DNA of 64,000 bases, taken from positions 544,001 through 608,000 of the forward strand of contig CAWHWQ010000001.1 in assembly GCA_963833095.1 (NCBI GenBank), in the 5' to 3' direction. Position 1 is the stretch's first letter, and the number at the start of each line of letters is the position of its first letter. This DNA is from Vulcanimicrobiota bacterium. Its GTDB lineage: Bacteria; Vulcanimicrobiota; Vulcanimicrobiia; Vulcanimicrobiales; Vulcanimicrobiaceae. Both the position numbers and the translations under genes were made by a program. The notes beneath the pieces were generated by a model. That model did not search any database, had not been told where the DNA came from, and saw nothing but the letters and a program-made list of their open reading frames with translations. Shown piece by piece: positions 42,998 to 53,202 of this stretch.

Positions 42998-44671
42998 ATG
43001 ATCGCCTTTGCCCGCACCTGCGCGAGCGTCGCCGCCACCAGCAGCAAGCTCGAAAAGATCGCCACTCTCGCAGCCTATCTGCGCGAGCTCGACGACGAGA
43101 ATCTCACGGCGGCAGCGCGCTTCTTCACCGGCAACCCGTTTGCCGCGCGCGAACAAAAGCAACTTTCGATCGGTGGCCGCACGATCGTTGAGGCGGCGCA
43201 CCGGGCATGGGGCGTCACCGATGCACAGCTACGCGCGGGCTATCGCGAACACGGCGACTTGGGTGATGCGCTCGGCCCGCTCGCGCGCGAACCGTTCGAT
43301 CTCGGCCTCTTTCACGACGACAACCTCACGCCCGCGTCACTGGCTGCCATCTTCGAAGAGATCGCCGCCGCCGCCGGGCGATCGGCGGGAAAGCGCCGGC
43401 TTGACCTGTGCGAGCGCATCTTGGGCGCGTGCACCGATCCGCTCGAGGCAAGGTACGTCATCAAGATCATGACCGGCGACTTACGCATCGGTCTGCGCGA
43501 AGGGCTCGTTCACGACGCAATTGCGGTAGCTTTCGATCAAACGCCCGAGCGAATTCGACGTGCGGTCATGGTCGCAGGCGACGTGGGAGCGGTGGCGCGC
43601 GCGGCAAAACACGGCGAGCTCGATACCCTGCGCATTCATCTTGGCTCGCCGATCGGCTTCATGCTCGCGTCACCCATTCTCTACGGCGATGCCTATCCCG
43701 ATCTCGAGGCGCACCGCTGGTACTCCGAAGATAAATTCGACGGCATTCGCGCCCAGGCGCACGTTGTGGGCGAAAACGTCGTTCTTTTTTCGCGTACTCT
43801 CAACGACGTCACTCGTTCGTATCCCGAGATCGCGGCCGCGTTACGCGGGCAGTCGCAAGCGATGTTGCTCGACGGTGAGATCATTGCCGTTCGCGAGGGT
43901 AAGGTGCTGCCGTTTCGCACGCTGCAAGCGCGTCTGCAACGCAAAGAGATCGACGCGAAGCTTCTCGCCGACGTGCCGCTGCAATATGCGGTCTTCGATG
44001 CAATGGCGATCGGTGAGGAGTTCTTACTCGACGTTCCGCTGCACGAACGGCGCGCCCGCCTCGCGCAAGCGCTGGTTCCAAACGAGCGCGTTCTCCTCAC
44101 ACCGTTCGAAGTCGTCGAGCCAGGCACGCCCGCGCAAGCAATCAACGCTCGCTTCGAGGCGGCGCGCTCGCGCGGCCACGAGGGCACGATGTTCAAGCGC
44201 GCGGACGCGCCCTACGCACCGGGACGGCGCGGCAAGTGGTGGCTCAAACTCAAGCGCGAACTCTCCACGCTCGACGTCGTGGTCGTGGGCGTCGAGTGGG
44301 GACATGGAAAGCGCGCGAAGGTGCTCTCGGATTACACGTTCGCCGTCCGCGGCCCCGATGACGATCTTCTCACGATCGGCAAGGCCTACTCCGGCTTAAC
44401 CGATGCGGAGATCGCCGCGCTTACGCCGTGGTTTCTCGAACATCGCGTCGACGGCCGCAGCTACAGTGACGCGTTTGCCGTCGACCCAAAGATCGTCCTT
44501 GAAGTGGCTTTCGACATCGTGCAGAAGAGCACGCTCCACCAAAGCGGCTATGCCTTACGGTTCCCGCGGATCGTGCGCATTCGCGACGACAAGCCGGTCG
44601 CGGAGATCGATACGCTCGCCAATGTCGACGCGATCTACGAAGCCATGCTGCAGCGCGAACGCGGCGATTAA
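42998..44671 (+). CDS. ATP-dependent DNA ligase (LigB type)
   Basis: EDKFDGIRAQ motif I; LLDGEI; EGTMFK; WLKLK; LRFPR. Confidence 0.95.
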   Translation: MIAFARTCASVAATSSKLEKIATLAAYLRELDDENLTAAARFFTGNPFAAREQKQLSIGGRTIVEAAHRAWGVTDAQLRAGYREHGDLGDALGPLAREPFDLGLFHDDNLTPASLAAIFEEIAAAAGRSAGKRRLDLCERILGACTDPLEARYVIKIMTGDLRIGLREGLVHDAIAVAFDQTPERIRRAVMVAGDVGAVARAAKHGELDTLRIHLGSPIGFMLASPILYGDAYPDLEAHRWYSEDKFDGIRAQAHVVGENVVLFSRTLNDVTRSYPEIAAALRGQSQAMLLDGEIIAVREGKVLPFRTLQARLQRKEIDAKLLADVPLQYAVFDAMAIGEEFLLDVPLHERRARLAQALVPNERVLLTPFEVVEPGTPAQAINARFEAARSRGHEGTMFKRADAPYAPGRRGKWWLKLKRELSTLDVVVVGVEWGHGKRAKVLSDYTFAVRGPDDDLLTIGKAYSGLTDAEIAALTPWFLEHRVDGRSYSDAFAVDPKIVLEVAFDIVQKSTLHQSGYALRFPRIVRIRDDKPVAEIDTLANVDAIYEAMLQRERGD

Positions 44672-44892
44672 CGTTTGCGCTGCTCGCGAATGCGACGCGC
44701 GATCTCCTCGGGCGATGGCCCGCTTCGTGTCTCGCGCGGGCCCGTGAGCGAGCGATGCAAATGCGCTCCGCCCACCAATGCCAGCAGTACGATCGCGACG
44801 CCGGCGAGCCAGAGGCGTCCGGGAACCGGGAGTGCCGACGCACTCGCGATAATCACAGCAGCTAACGCGGTGAACGTCTCCCAACGGCGCAT
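44668..44892 (-). CDS. Small membrane protein
   Basis: Two hydrophobic segments and a charged tail. Confidence 0.5.
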   Translation of the reverse strand: MRRWETFTALAAVIIASASALPVPGRLWLAGVAIVLLALVGGAHLHRSLTGPRETRSGPSPEEIARRIREQRKR

Positions 44893-44988
44893 GCTGCGGG
44901 CGCTTCTCAAGGCAGGGCAACCGAGCCTCTTTTTCCTGGGCGCGCCCTCAGAGGGCCGCCGACGCACAGGCGTCGAAGCTCCCGCGCC

Positions 44989-45393
44989 ATGCCCAAACGT
45001 ATCCTTATGTTAGCGTTCGCCGCTACGGCGCTCGCGCTCGCAGCGTGCAACTCCGGCTATAACCCAAATGACCTATACGGCACGCCGGCGCCGACTTCTA
45101 CGATCGCGCCCACCACGCCGAACCCAACCGTCAGCTCGGCGCTGGTCACCGTCTACGTTTCAAATTCGCCGCTGCCCAACCAGCCGATCAATCTGTACAA
45201 TGATACGAATGGGAACATCGGCTCCTTCATCGCCACGCAAGTGACCGGTTCGACCGGGTCCACGACCTTCACCGGCCTCACGCCCGCGGCGAACTATTGT
45301 TTCACGACCAGCTACACGCCGGCGGGTGGTCTTCCGCAAAATGCATCGCAGTGCGGATTCTATTGGTTCGCCGGAATCACGTTTAGCTTCTAG
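44989..45393 (+). CDS. Small lipoprotein
   Basis: LAAC lipobox; Pro/Thr linker; beta-rich domain with two Cys. Confidence 0.7.
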   Translation: MPKRILMLAFAATALALAACNSGYNPNDLYGTPAPTSTIAPTTPNPTVSSALVTVYVSNSPLPNQPINLYNDTNGNIGSFIATQVTGSTGSTTFTGLTPAANYCFTTSYTPAGGLPQNASQCGFYWFAGITFSF

Positions 45394-45408
45394 TCGCGAC
45401 GCGTACAG

Positions 45409-45732
45409 CTAATCTTCGTCTTCGTGCAGATGTAAATGGCAGCCGTCTTCGGCGTCTGAAAGCACGTCGCGCGCTTCACTGAGAACGTTCCCCGAGATCG
45501 GCTCCTGCGGCGGCGTAATGGAGCCTTCGGCGGCAAGAAAATCAGCTTCGCTCCAATCTTCCCACGTTTCGAGCGGCTCATCATCGATCTCGGCCGGAAA
45601 CCGCACGCAGAATCCTTGCTCGATGTGCACGCCCACAACCATGACGCGCGTACCCCGCGGAAAATACGTGCCGTCTTTCCATAGCGTGCCGTAGGTCGTG
45701 TCGTAGTGGTGGCCGACTCTTAGTTGCTCGAT
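45409..45732 (-). CDS. Acidic hypothetical protein (possible ATC start)
   Basis: Open frame extends 30 codons upstream of ATG 45642 to an ATC preceded by GAGGAG. Confidence 0.55.
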   Translation of the reverse strand: MEQLRVGHHYDTTYGTLWKDGTYFPRGTRVMVVGVHIEQGFCVRFPAEIDDEPLETWEDWSEADFLAAEGSITPPQEPISGNVLSEARDVLSDAEDGCHLHLHEDED

Positions 45733-45742
45733 CGTTCTCTCC

Positions 45743-47377
45743 TCAGTATATGGTGTTCATGGGCCCCGGCCCCACCTCCTCGATGCCATCCGTTCGATCG
45801 TCAGGTGGCGCATCGAGTACCCACAGCGAACGATGCGCCGCGAACTCCTCACCTTCGCTATCGGCGAGGCGCTTGAGTATCCGCGCGATCCGCTTGCCGC
45901 CGATCTCTCGTCCCCACGCGATCGGACCGCGCGGATAGTTGACGCCAAATTCCATTGCGCGGTCGACGTCGTCGGGTAACGCGACCTCTTGCGCGACGGC
46001 CATCATCGCTTCATTGACGATCGATCCCACGACACGACCGAGAAAGAGTCCGGGCTGATCTTCGACCAGCACCACGGCTTTGCCGATCGCCTCGAAGATC
46101 TCTTGCGCAAGCGCCAACGCTTCATCGCCGGTGATCTTTGCATCGACGACTTCGACCGCGCTCTGGTCGTCAAGCGAGCCGAGAATACCATAGCCAACTA
46201 GCCGCTCGGCGTGGCGCAAACGCGGCGCGAGAGCAGCTAGATCCGTTGCATAGGCGTCAACGAAGATCATCGTCGCGGGATCGAGGCGCCGGTCGAGCTC
46301 AACAACAATCTCACCCCGATCGTCGAAGCCGTTCCCAACGTCGATGACAAGCGTTGCCTCGGGATCGAGATGATCGAGCAGGTCGTCGTTCTCGACGCGC
46401 TGCACGCGCTCGACGCGCGCTTCAAGCGCTTGCACGAACGCATCGGCCGTTCCGCCGAAACCGATGACAGCGACGAACTCTTCCAACACGTCGTCAGAGG
46501 TGGAAACGCTAAGGTCGAGGCGCGCGTAGCGCCCGTCTTCGTAGGTGTAGAATCCCGATCCGGTCTTGCGGCCGAGGCGCCCTTGCGCGACGAGTTGACG
46601 CTGCATTGGTTGCGGCGCGAGGCGCTCGCTCTCGAGACGCTCGTAGACCGATTCACTGACCGCGAGATTCACGTCGAGTCCGATCAGGTCCATGAGTTCG
46701 AATGGCCCCATGCGAAAGCCCACGCTACGCGCGAGCGCGTCGAGTTCTTCGATCGATGCAACGCCACGATCCAGCGCCCGCATGGCCTGGAGATAGAATG
46801 GGCGCGCGACGCGGTTCACGATAAAGCCGGGCGTATCGGCGCAATCGGCGCCGGTCTTGCCGATTCGCTCGACAAATTCGTGCGCGCGAGCAAGCGCCTC
46901 ATCCGACGTGCGCTCTGCTGCTACGATTTCGACGAGCTTCATCGCCGCCGGGGGATTGAAGAAATGTAGGCCGAGAACGCGCTGCGGATACTCGCAATCC
47001 TGGGCGAGCTCCGCGACGCTCAAGGACGACGTGTTCGTTGCCAGCAGTGATTCGGGGGAGAGCGCCGCTTCGAGCGCTGCAAACACCGCACGTTTGAGGT
47101 CGAGTCGCTCGGGAACCGCCTCGATCGCGATCGTTGCTTGCGTCTGCTGCGGAATTGCCTCGCGAATGGTGATGCGCGTAGCAATAGCGTCGTCGCCCGC
47201 CCGCTGCGCGTCGCCGGCAATCCGCGCAAGCGCGCGCTCGCGTGACGCCGGATCCGGCTCGACCAGATCAACGCAATAGCCACCACGCGCCGCGACGAAG
47301 GCGATCCCCGCCCCCATCGTACCGCCGCCCACGACTAAGATGAGATCTTGCACGAGTGGTGTACTTCGCGAAGACAT
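45743..47377 (-). CDS. 3-hydroxyacyl-CoA dehydrogenase (PaaH-like, duplicated domain)
   Basis: GGGTMGAG; IEAVPE; TNTSSL; HFFNPP; GFIVNR; MGPFEL; GVNYPRGP. Confidence 0.9.
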   Translation of the reverse strand: MSSRSTPLVQDLILVVGGGTMGAGIAFVAARGGYCVDLVEPDPASRERALARIAGDAQRAGDDAIATRITIREAIPQQTQATIAIEAVPERLDLKRAVFAALEAALSPESLLATNTSSLSVAELAQDCEYPQRVLGLHFFNPPAAMKLVEIVAAERTSDEALARAHEFVERIGKTGADCADTPGFIVNRVARPFYLQAMRALDRGVASIEELDALARSVGFRMGPFELMDLIGLDVNLAVSESVYERLESERLAPQPMQRQLVAQGRLGRKTGSGFYTYEDGRYARLDLSVSTSDDVLEEFVAVIGFGGTADAFVQALEARVERVQRVENDDLLDHLDPEATLVIDVGNGFDDRGEIVVELDRRLDPATMIFVDAYATDLAALAPRLRHAERLVGYGILGSLDDQSAVEVVDAKITGDEALALAQEIFEAIGKAVVLVEDQPGLFLGRVVGSIVNEAMMAVAQEVALPDDVDRAMEFGVNYPRGPIAWGREIGGKRIARILKRLADSEGEEFAAHRSLWVLDAPPDDRTDGIEEVGPGPMNTIY

Positions 47378-47921
47378 GGAAAAACCGCTTTGGCGCGTCC
47401 GGTCTTCGACATACCTTATTGAGTCCGATCACCTGCGTATCCGCAGCGATGAAGTCGAGCTGCCCAGCGGCGTCGTGATTCCGCATTACTACGTGCGCGA
47501 ATCGGACGGATTCGTGATGGTATTTGCGCTGACGCCCGCGCGCGAGGTCGTGCTGCTACGCCAATACCGCTACGGTATCGACGAGGTGATCGTAGAACTG
47601 CCGGCCGGAAGCATCGACCGCGGCGAAGATGCGCTCGCTTGCGGGCGGCGCGAACTTGCCGAGGAGACCGGCTACACGGCCTTGCACTTCGAACACCTCG
47701 CCACGATTCCGGCCGAGCCGGTGCGTTCAAATAGCCTCTTGCACGCGTTCATTGCCTTCGACGCGGCGCCGACTGCGGCGCAAGCACTCGATCCGACAGA
47801 AGCGATCGAGCCCTTTACCGTACCGCTCGAGGCGATCCGGCCGATGCTGCGCGCAAACGAGATCGGCGCGCTCAGCTGCGTAGCCGTCGCATACGCGGCC
47901 CTTGACCGTCTCGGGGTGTAA
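47376..47921 (+). CDS. NUDIX hydrolase (ADP-ribose pyrophosphatase-like)
   Basis: RQYRY; ELPAG...RRELAEETGY Nudix box. Confidence 0.9.
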   Translation: MEKPLWRVRSSTYLIESDHLRIRSDEVELPSGVVIPHYYVRESDGFVMVFALTPAREVVLLRQYRYGIDEVIVELPAGSIDRGEDALACGRRELAEETGYTALHFEHLATIPAEPVRSNSLLHAFIAFDAAPTAAQALDPTEAIEPFTVPLEAIRPMLRANEIGALSCVAVAYAALDRLGV

Positions 47922-48084
47922 TAGGGCGATTCGGGTGTCGCGGCGTTCTTGCTGCGGCGTATCGCCGGCCCGCCAACCCTTCCGGATGAATCGCTCGCGC
48001 AGACGACCGCGTCGTTTTTGTGCGCGCTCGCTGTTCGGTCGTTCGAGCAGGCTCATCGCGCGCAGCGGGAGGACGTCGAAACCG

Positions 48085-48831
48085 CTAATTCTTGGCTACG
48101 CCATCCGATGCGAGCGTGGCCGTGATGTCGACGGTGACGTTGGTGTACTTCCCTGGTCCGGCCTCTTGACGAACGGTATCGAACTCCTTGAGGTCGGTCG
48201 ATATCGTTTTGGCTAGATCGTAGGTATACGTCGCCGTCCCGTTGACGCGGTTCCCCCCCGATTTCGTTTCATTGTCCGTCTCTTGAATCGTCACCGTGTT
48301 CGCGACAACCGAGCCGACGGTAAAATCAAGCGAAACACCGGCCGCTGCATTCCCCGAATGCCAGTGGCGGCTTGCATCGAGCGCTCCCGGATCGAAAAAC
48401 TTCGGCGACATCGTCTTGAGGACGGCCATCTCTTCGGGATTAACCTCGCCGCCGCAGATGACGTTGGTGGTCGGATATACGACGCATTCGGTGAGGGACG
48501 CGTTGCGGTTGTTCCGCGCGGTCTCGCTCACCTTCGTGACCAAGCCGCCGTCCGGCTCGACGCCGAACACGTCGACGGCAATCGTCCCCATATCGGAGGC
48601 AAGGCCGACGTACGAGGTGTCGCCCGATCCCTCAACCGGGCCTGCACCGGCGCTGGTTTGATTGGCGCTGGCCGCGTACCGATTCGAGGCATTCGTGTCG
48701 TGCTGATCGCTGCGGATGCCGACGCTGAAGTTGTAGACGAGATGACGCTGGACGGCCTGTTGCGCTAGTCCAGGGAGCGGACTCATGGCCACGCAGCAAA
48801 ATGCGGCGGCCGCAAGAGGGCGATAGTCCAT
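48085..48831 (-). CDS. Hypothetical secreted protein
   Basis: GGAGG SD; signal peptide; beta-rich ORF. Confidence 0.65.
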   Translation of the reverse strand: MDYRPLAAAAFCCVAMSPLPGLAQQAVQRHLVYNFSVGIRSDQHDTNASNRYAASANQTSAGAGPVEGSGDTSYVGLASDMGTIAVDVFGVEPDGGLVTKVSETARNNRNASLTECVVYPTTNVICGGEVNPEEMAVLKTMSPKFFDPGALDASRHWHSGNAAAGVSLDFTVGSVVANTVTIQETDNETKSGGNRVNGTATYTYDLAKTISTDLKEFDTVRQEAGPGKYTNVTVDITATLASDGVAKN

Positions 48832-48891
48832 GATGAAACCTCCGGTCGCGTGGGTAGGTACCTTCATCAAGAGTGCCACCAGCTTCCCCTC

Positions 48892-49092
48892 ATGAGGTCC
48901 ACGATGCGCCCGATCCTCTCCACCTTCATCCGACTGACCCTGATCATCGCGCTTGCGATCATCGCGATCGTCCTAGCCGTGGTGGTCCTCAAGGTGGTGC
49001 TGGTCGCCGCCGTGATCGCCGCCGTTGTGGTGGGCGCGCTCTTCCTCTATAACATCGTCCGGCGCCGGTCCCGCGCTCCGGTCATTCGCTAG
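48892..49092 (+). CDS. Small two-TM membrane protein
   Basis: Long hydrophobic stretch and basic tail. Confidence 0.6.
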   Translation: MRSTMRPILSTFIRLTLIIALAIIAIVLAVVVLKVVLVAAVIAAVVVGALFLYNIVRRRSRAPVIR

Positions 49093-49876
49093 CCACCCAT
49101 CCGAGTAGGTGCTCGCTTAACTCGTCTGGCTTTTCAAGCATCGGCACGTGGCCGCTGGCTTGCAGCGTCACCAGCTTGGCCGACGGGAAGGCGCCTGCCG
49201 TCCACGCCGCCTCGGCCGCCGGAATCCCCGGATCTTCCGCACCGCAGACAACCAAAACCGGCATCGTAAGATCGCCCGCTATGTCGTGCGCACCATCGCG
49301 CAACGCCATGCCACGTAGCATTGCAGCGAGTCCACGCGGATCGTTTTTTTCGGCAATCTTCGTGAATTTCTCGCGAATTTCAGGGTGTTCGCGCAGCGTT
49401 GTAGCGCCGAGCGTCGCGTCGCGCATCTCCGCAATGATGCGTTCGGCCGTGCCGCGACGTTCGGCATCGTCGGCGAGTTCGTAACGATGCTGCGCGCGCT
49501 GCGGCGTATCGGCGGTGATGCGGGAACAGACCAACGCGAGGCGGTCGAGACGCTCGACGTACATGCGAGCGAAGGCGAGCGCGACGTAACCGCCGAGCGA
49601 GTGTCCAACGAGCGATGCACGCTCGACGGCGAGCGCATCGAGGACCGCAGCCACGTCGCCGGCGAGCGACTCCATCAAGTACGGACCGTCGGTGACAGTC
49701 GATCCGCCCATGCCGCGCAGGTCCATTGCGACCACGCGAACGTGCCCCGATAGCGCGCGCACCTGCGCATTCCAGATCTGACGCGAGAGTGGAAATCCGT
49801 GGATCAACACCACGGTGTCGTCGCCGTTTCCGCTCACCTCGACGTCGATGCGGACGTCACCGTTGCTCACCAACAT
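49082..49876 (-). CDS. Alpha/beta hydrolase
   Basis: HGFP; GHSLGG; GHVPMLE. Confidence 0.9.
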   Translation of the reverse strand: MLVSNGDVRIDVEVSGNGDDTVVLIHGFPLSRQIWNAQVRALSGHVRVVAMDLRGMGGSTVTDGPYLMESLAGDVAAVLDALAVERASLVGHSLGGYVALAFARMYVERLDRLALVCSRITADTPQRAQHRYELADDAERRGTAERIIAEMRDATLGATTLREHPEIREKFTKIAEKNDPRGLAAMLRGMALRDGAHDIAGDLTMPVLVVCGAEDPGIPAAEAAWTAGAFPSAKLVTLQASGHVPMLEKPDELSEHLLGWVASE

Positions 49877-49909
49877 GCGCTGCTACGCTCCGCTCGCACT
49901 TATCAAAAC

Positions 49910-49938
49910 TTGCATTGCTGCCGAGAATACTGTATAAG
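49910..49938 (+). promoter_or_regulatory. Sigma70-type promoter of the histone-like gene
   Basis: TTGCAT-17 nt-TATAAG. Confidence 0.6.
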
Positions 49939-49995
49939 GTAGGCAACTACCCTTGGCTACATCTGTGTAGCCAGAGAAAGGATGACTCCACGCAC

Positions 49996-50295
49996 ATGGC
50001 AGTCAAACGTAAGAAAAAAGCGGCGCCGAAGCGCGCTGCGAAGAAGGCCGCGCCGAAGCGCAAGGCCACCCGGAAGAAAGCCGCGGGCCGCAAGAAGACG
50101 ACCCGCAAGAAGGCTACTCGTAAGAAGGCTACGCGCAAGAAAGCAACGCGCAAGAAAGCCACCCGCAAGAAGGCCACTCGCAAGAAAGCCACGCGGAAGA
50201 AAGCCACTCGCAAGAAGGCCGTTCGCAAGGCCTCCGCTCGCAAAAAGACCCGCCGCAAGACGCGCCGGAAGAAAGCCGCTCCCGCAGCAGCATAA
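49996..50295 (+). CDS. Histone H1-like Lys/Arg-rich DNA-binding protein
   Basis: 99 aa; seven tandem KKATR repeats with synonymous variation; AAAGGA SD. Confidence 0.8.
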   Translation: MAVKRKKKAAPKRAAKKAAPKRKATRKKAAGRKKTTRKKATRKKATRKKATRKKATRKKATRKKATRKKATRKKAVRKASARKKTRRKTRRKKAAPAAA

Positions 50296-50321
50296 CTTCC
50301 CGGCTCTTTTTATGGCCTTTA

Positions 50322-50354
50322 GCGAGTCGCACCAAGCGGCTCGCCTTTTTTTTT
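50322..50354 (+). terminator. Intrinsic terminator
   Basis: GCGAGTCGC-ACCAA-GCGGCTCGC followed by a T run. Confidence 0.85.
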
Positions 50355-50358
50355 GTCT

Positions 50359-51582
50359 TTACACAGTCCTGATAATCGGGTTGAGCGCGTAGGCCAGCAC
50401 GATGCAGATCAGGCTAATCGCGCCGGCAAACGCGAACGCCACATGCAGACCAACGACGGACGCAACGGCGCCGAGAATGAGCGATCCGGCGGGAACCACG
50501 CCGATGGCAACCATCGTGTACACGGCGATGGCGCGACCGCGAACTGCGTCCGGCGAGAGCATCTGAATCAGCGTATTGGTGGCGCCGAGAAAGGCCAGCG
50601 TACCCACTCCGATCGTGAAAAGTGCCGGCAGCGCTCCCACCACCGAATGGATTGTCGCAAGCGCAATCAAGCCGATTGCCGTGATCACGCCCGCCAGCAG
50701 CCACTGCACCGAACGCGGTTCGCGACCGGCAAACGTGGCCGTCACCAACGCACCGCCAAAACCGCCGATGCCCGCGGCTGCCACCGCCCAACCGAGCGCA
50801 CGCGCGTCGCCCCCAAGGGTGTTGACGACATAGGCCGGGATCAGTTGCGCATAGGGGCGCGCGAAGATTGCCATCACGACGAAGACCGCCACGATCCAAC
50901 GTAAGATAGGGTGCGACATCAAGAATGTGATGCCGCCGCGCATCGCGTGGAGCATCGGTTCGCGCTGCGCGCTCGTGGGTGGCGAAGGTCGCATCATGGC
51001 GACCGCGACCACGACCGCCATCGTCGCCACCGCATTGACGTAGAACGAGCCGGCAACGCCGACCCATACGATCAGGAGTCCAGCGATCGCCGGGCCGATC
51101 ACCGCCGGCGCATTGAACGCAACCGAGTTGAGCCCAATCGCATTGCCGACAAACGCTCGATCCACGAGCAGCGGCATCCAACTCTGACGCACGGGTGAGT
51201 CAAACGCGTTCGCGGCGGCGTTGAACGACGTGATCACGACGAGCCACACGAGATCGAGCCGGCCGAAACTTGAAAGAACCGCGAGCGCCAGTGCGGCGAG
51301 CGCCATGGCGGTGTTGGTCGCAAGGAGCACGCGACGGCGCGGAAGCGTATCGGCAACGACGCCGGCGACCGGTGAAAGCAGCAACACCGGAATTGCGCGC
51401 GCTCCACCGAGGATACCGAGGTCGAGCGCAGCGCGGTGCGGCGAGCCGGCGATCTGCGAAACGAAATATCCCTGCGCGGTAAACTGCATCCAACTTCCCA
51501 GGTTGGAGACGAGCAGGCCGATCCAGAGCAGACGATAATCGCGAAAACGCAGCGCTGCGAAAATGCCCGCGTTAGCGAGCAT
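50359..51582 (-). CDS. MFS transporter
   Basis: RDYRLLWIG; GVVADTLPRRRVL; NAIGLNS; RGRA. Confidence 0.9.
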   Translation of the reverse strand: MLANAGIFAALRFRDYRLLWIGLLVSNLGSWMQFTAQGYFVSQIAGSPHRAALDLGILGGARAIPVLLLSPVAGVVADTLPRRRVLLATNTAMALAALALAVLSSFGRLDLVWLVVITSFNAAANAFDSPVRQSWMPLLVDRAFVGNAIGLNSVAFNAPAVIGPAIAGLLIVWVGVAGSFYVNAVATMAVVVAVAMMRPSPPTSAQREPMLHAMRGGITFLMSHPILRWIVAVFVVMAIFARPYAQLIPAYVVNTLGGDARALGWAVAAAGIGGFGGALVTATFAGREPRSVQWLLAGVITAIGLIALATIHSVVGALPALFTIGVGTLAFLGATNTLIQMLSPDAVRGRAIAVYTMVAIGVVPAGSLILGAVASVVGLHVAFAFAGAISLICIVLAYALNPIIRTV

Positions 51583-52177
51583 GTACGGCGTCGATCACGA
51601 GTTTGGCCGAGCCATCCGTTCCAAAGCTCGACGTATCGATCGCAAGGTCGACGATCGCGGGCGAGCCGATCTCGACGTTGTACCAATCGCGCAGATGCGC
51701 GCGACGCGCCCGGTCGATGCGATCGACCTCGCTCGCGGCGGCTTTCTGCTCCAGCCCGAGGTCGGCCATGATCCGTTCGACGCGCCAATCGCGCGGCGCG
51801 TACATAAACACGCGCACGACGTCGGGGCGCCGCCCGAGGATTGCGCCCGCGCCGCGCCCGACAATGACCGCGTTCCCGCGCGCGGCGAACTCCCGAACCG
51901 CCTCTTGCACCTCGCGCGCGTACTCCTCGTCGAAGGTTTGCCCAAATCCGCTTACGGCAACCTCCGGCGTGGCCAGCTCGAGACTCGAAATGAGCCGCGC
52001 CCCCAGTGAACGGCCCGTTTCGTCGACAGCTTGCGCTTGCACCGGCGAAATCTGCATCCGCTTGGCCACAACCACGGGGAGCTGGCCGTCGATCAGCTCA
52101 TACGTGAGCTCGGCCGCGACACGCTGTGCGACGGCAACCGCTCCGCATCCGTACTGGTTGGAGATCGTGACGATCAC
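51572..52177 (-). CDS. Cytidylate kinase-like family protein
   Basis: IVTISNQYGCGA; VIVGRGA; DLAIDTS. Confidence 0.8.
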   Translation of the reverse strand: MIVTISNQYGCGAVAVAQRVAAELTYELIDGQLPVVVAKRMQISPVQAQAVDETGRSLGARLISSLELATPEVAVSGFGQTFDEEYAREVQEAVREFAARGNAVIVGRGAGAILGRRPDVVRVFMYAPRDWRVERIMADLGLEQKAAASEVDRIDRARRAHLRDWYNVEIGSPAIVDLAIDTSSFGTDGSAKLVIDAVHAR

Positions 52178-52194
52178 GCCGAAGAAACTACGCG

Positions 52195-53202
52195 ATGCCC
52201 ATCATCGAAACCCGCGACCTGCGCAAGGTCTTTCGCAGCGTCAAACGTATTCCGGGCCCGCTTGGAGCCGTGCGCACGCTCTTTTCGCGCTCGTACGAGG
52301 ACCGGGTAGCCGTCGGCGGTGTCACGATGGCGCTCGAGCCGGGCGAACTGGTCGGCTACATCGGCCCGAACGGCGCCGGCAAATCGACCACGATCAAAAT
52401 GCTTACCGGCATACTGGTGCCGACCTCGGGGGATGTCCGCGTGGCCGGCGTCGTTCCCTACGAATCGCGACGAGCGAACGCCCGGAACATCGGCGTGGTG
52501 TTCGGCCAGCGCAGTCAGCTCTACTGGGATCTGCCCCTGATCGAGTCGTTCGAGCTGCTGCGCGCGATTTACGGTATTCCGCAAGCTACTTACCGCCGCA
52601 ATCTCGACGAATTCATTGCGCTGCTGCAAATGGACGAATTCTTACGAATCCCGGTTCGCCAACTCTCGCTCGGACAACGCATGCGCGGAGACTTTGCGGC
52701 GGCGATGCTGCACGACCCGAAGATCGTCTATCTCGACGAACCAACGATCGGGCTGGATGTTGTCGCCAAGGAGGCGATCCGCGAATTCATCGCCCGCATC
52801 AACGCCGAGCGGGGAACGACGATCATTCTTACCACGCATGACTTAGCCGATGTGGAACGGCTATGCCGCCGAATCGTCCTGATCGATCGCGGCTTGCTCA
52901 TTTACGATGGCGACGTCGAGCGGATCAAGGGCGAGTACGGTCGCTATCGTACGCTCGTCGTGCGTTTCGAGCACCCGACGCCCTCGCCGCACCTCGACGG
53001 CGCCGAGCTCGAGAGCGGCGATGGACTGATCGCGCGGTTTCGTTTCGACCGAAATCTCCAGCGCGCCGACCTTCTGATCCGTCAGGCAAGCGAACGTTAT
53101 AGCCTCGAGGACGTCACCCTCGAAGAGCCCGACCTGGAATCGATCATCCGGCGGATCTACGTCGAAGGATACGACGCTCGCGCGCAGGAGAGCCTACTAT
53201 GA
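52195..53202 (+). CDS. ABC transporter ATP-binding protein
   Basis: GPNGAGKST; VVFGQRSQL; LSLGQRMR; LDEPTIGLD. Confidence 0.92.
   Translation: MPIIETRDLRKVFRSVKRIPGPLGAVRTLFSRSYEDRVAVGGVTMALEPGELVGYIGPNGAGKSTTIKMLTGILVPTSGDVRVAGVVPYESRRANARNIGVVFGQRSQLYWDLPLIESFELLRAIYGIPQATYRRNLDEFIALLQMDEFLRIPVRQLSLGQRMRGDFAAAMLHDPKIVYLDEPTIGLDVVAKEAIREFIARINAERGTTIILTTHDLADVERLCRRIVLIDRGLLIYDGDVERIKGEYGRYRTLVVRFEHPTPSPHLDGAELESGDGLIARFRFDRNLQRADLLIRQASERYSLEDVTLEEPDLESIIRRIYVEGYDARAQESLL

Noticed and set aside
47727..48056. 109-aa minus-strand ORF
   Set aside because: Overlaps the NUDIX gene on the opposite strand and has no recognisable motif; a short real peptide cannot be excluded
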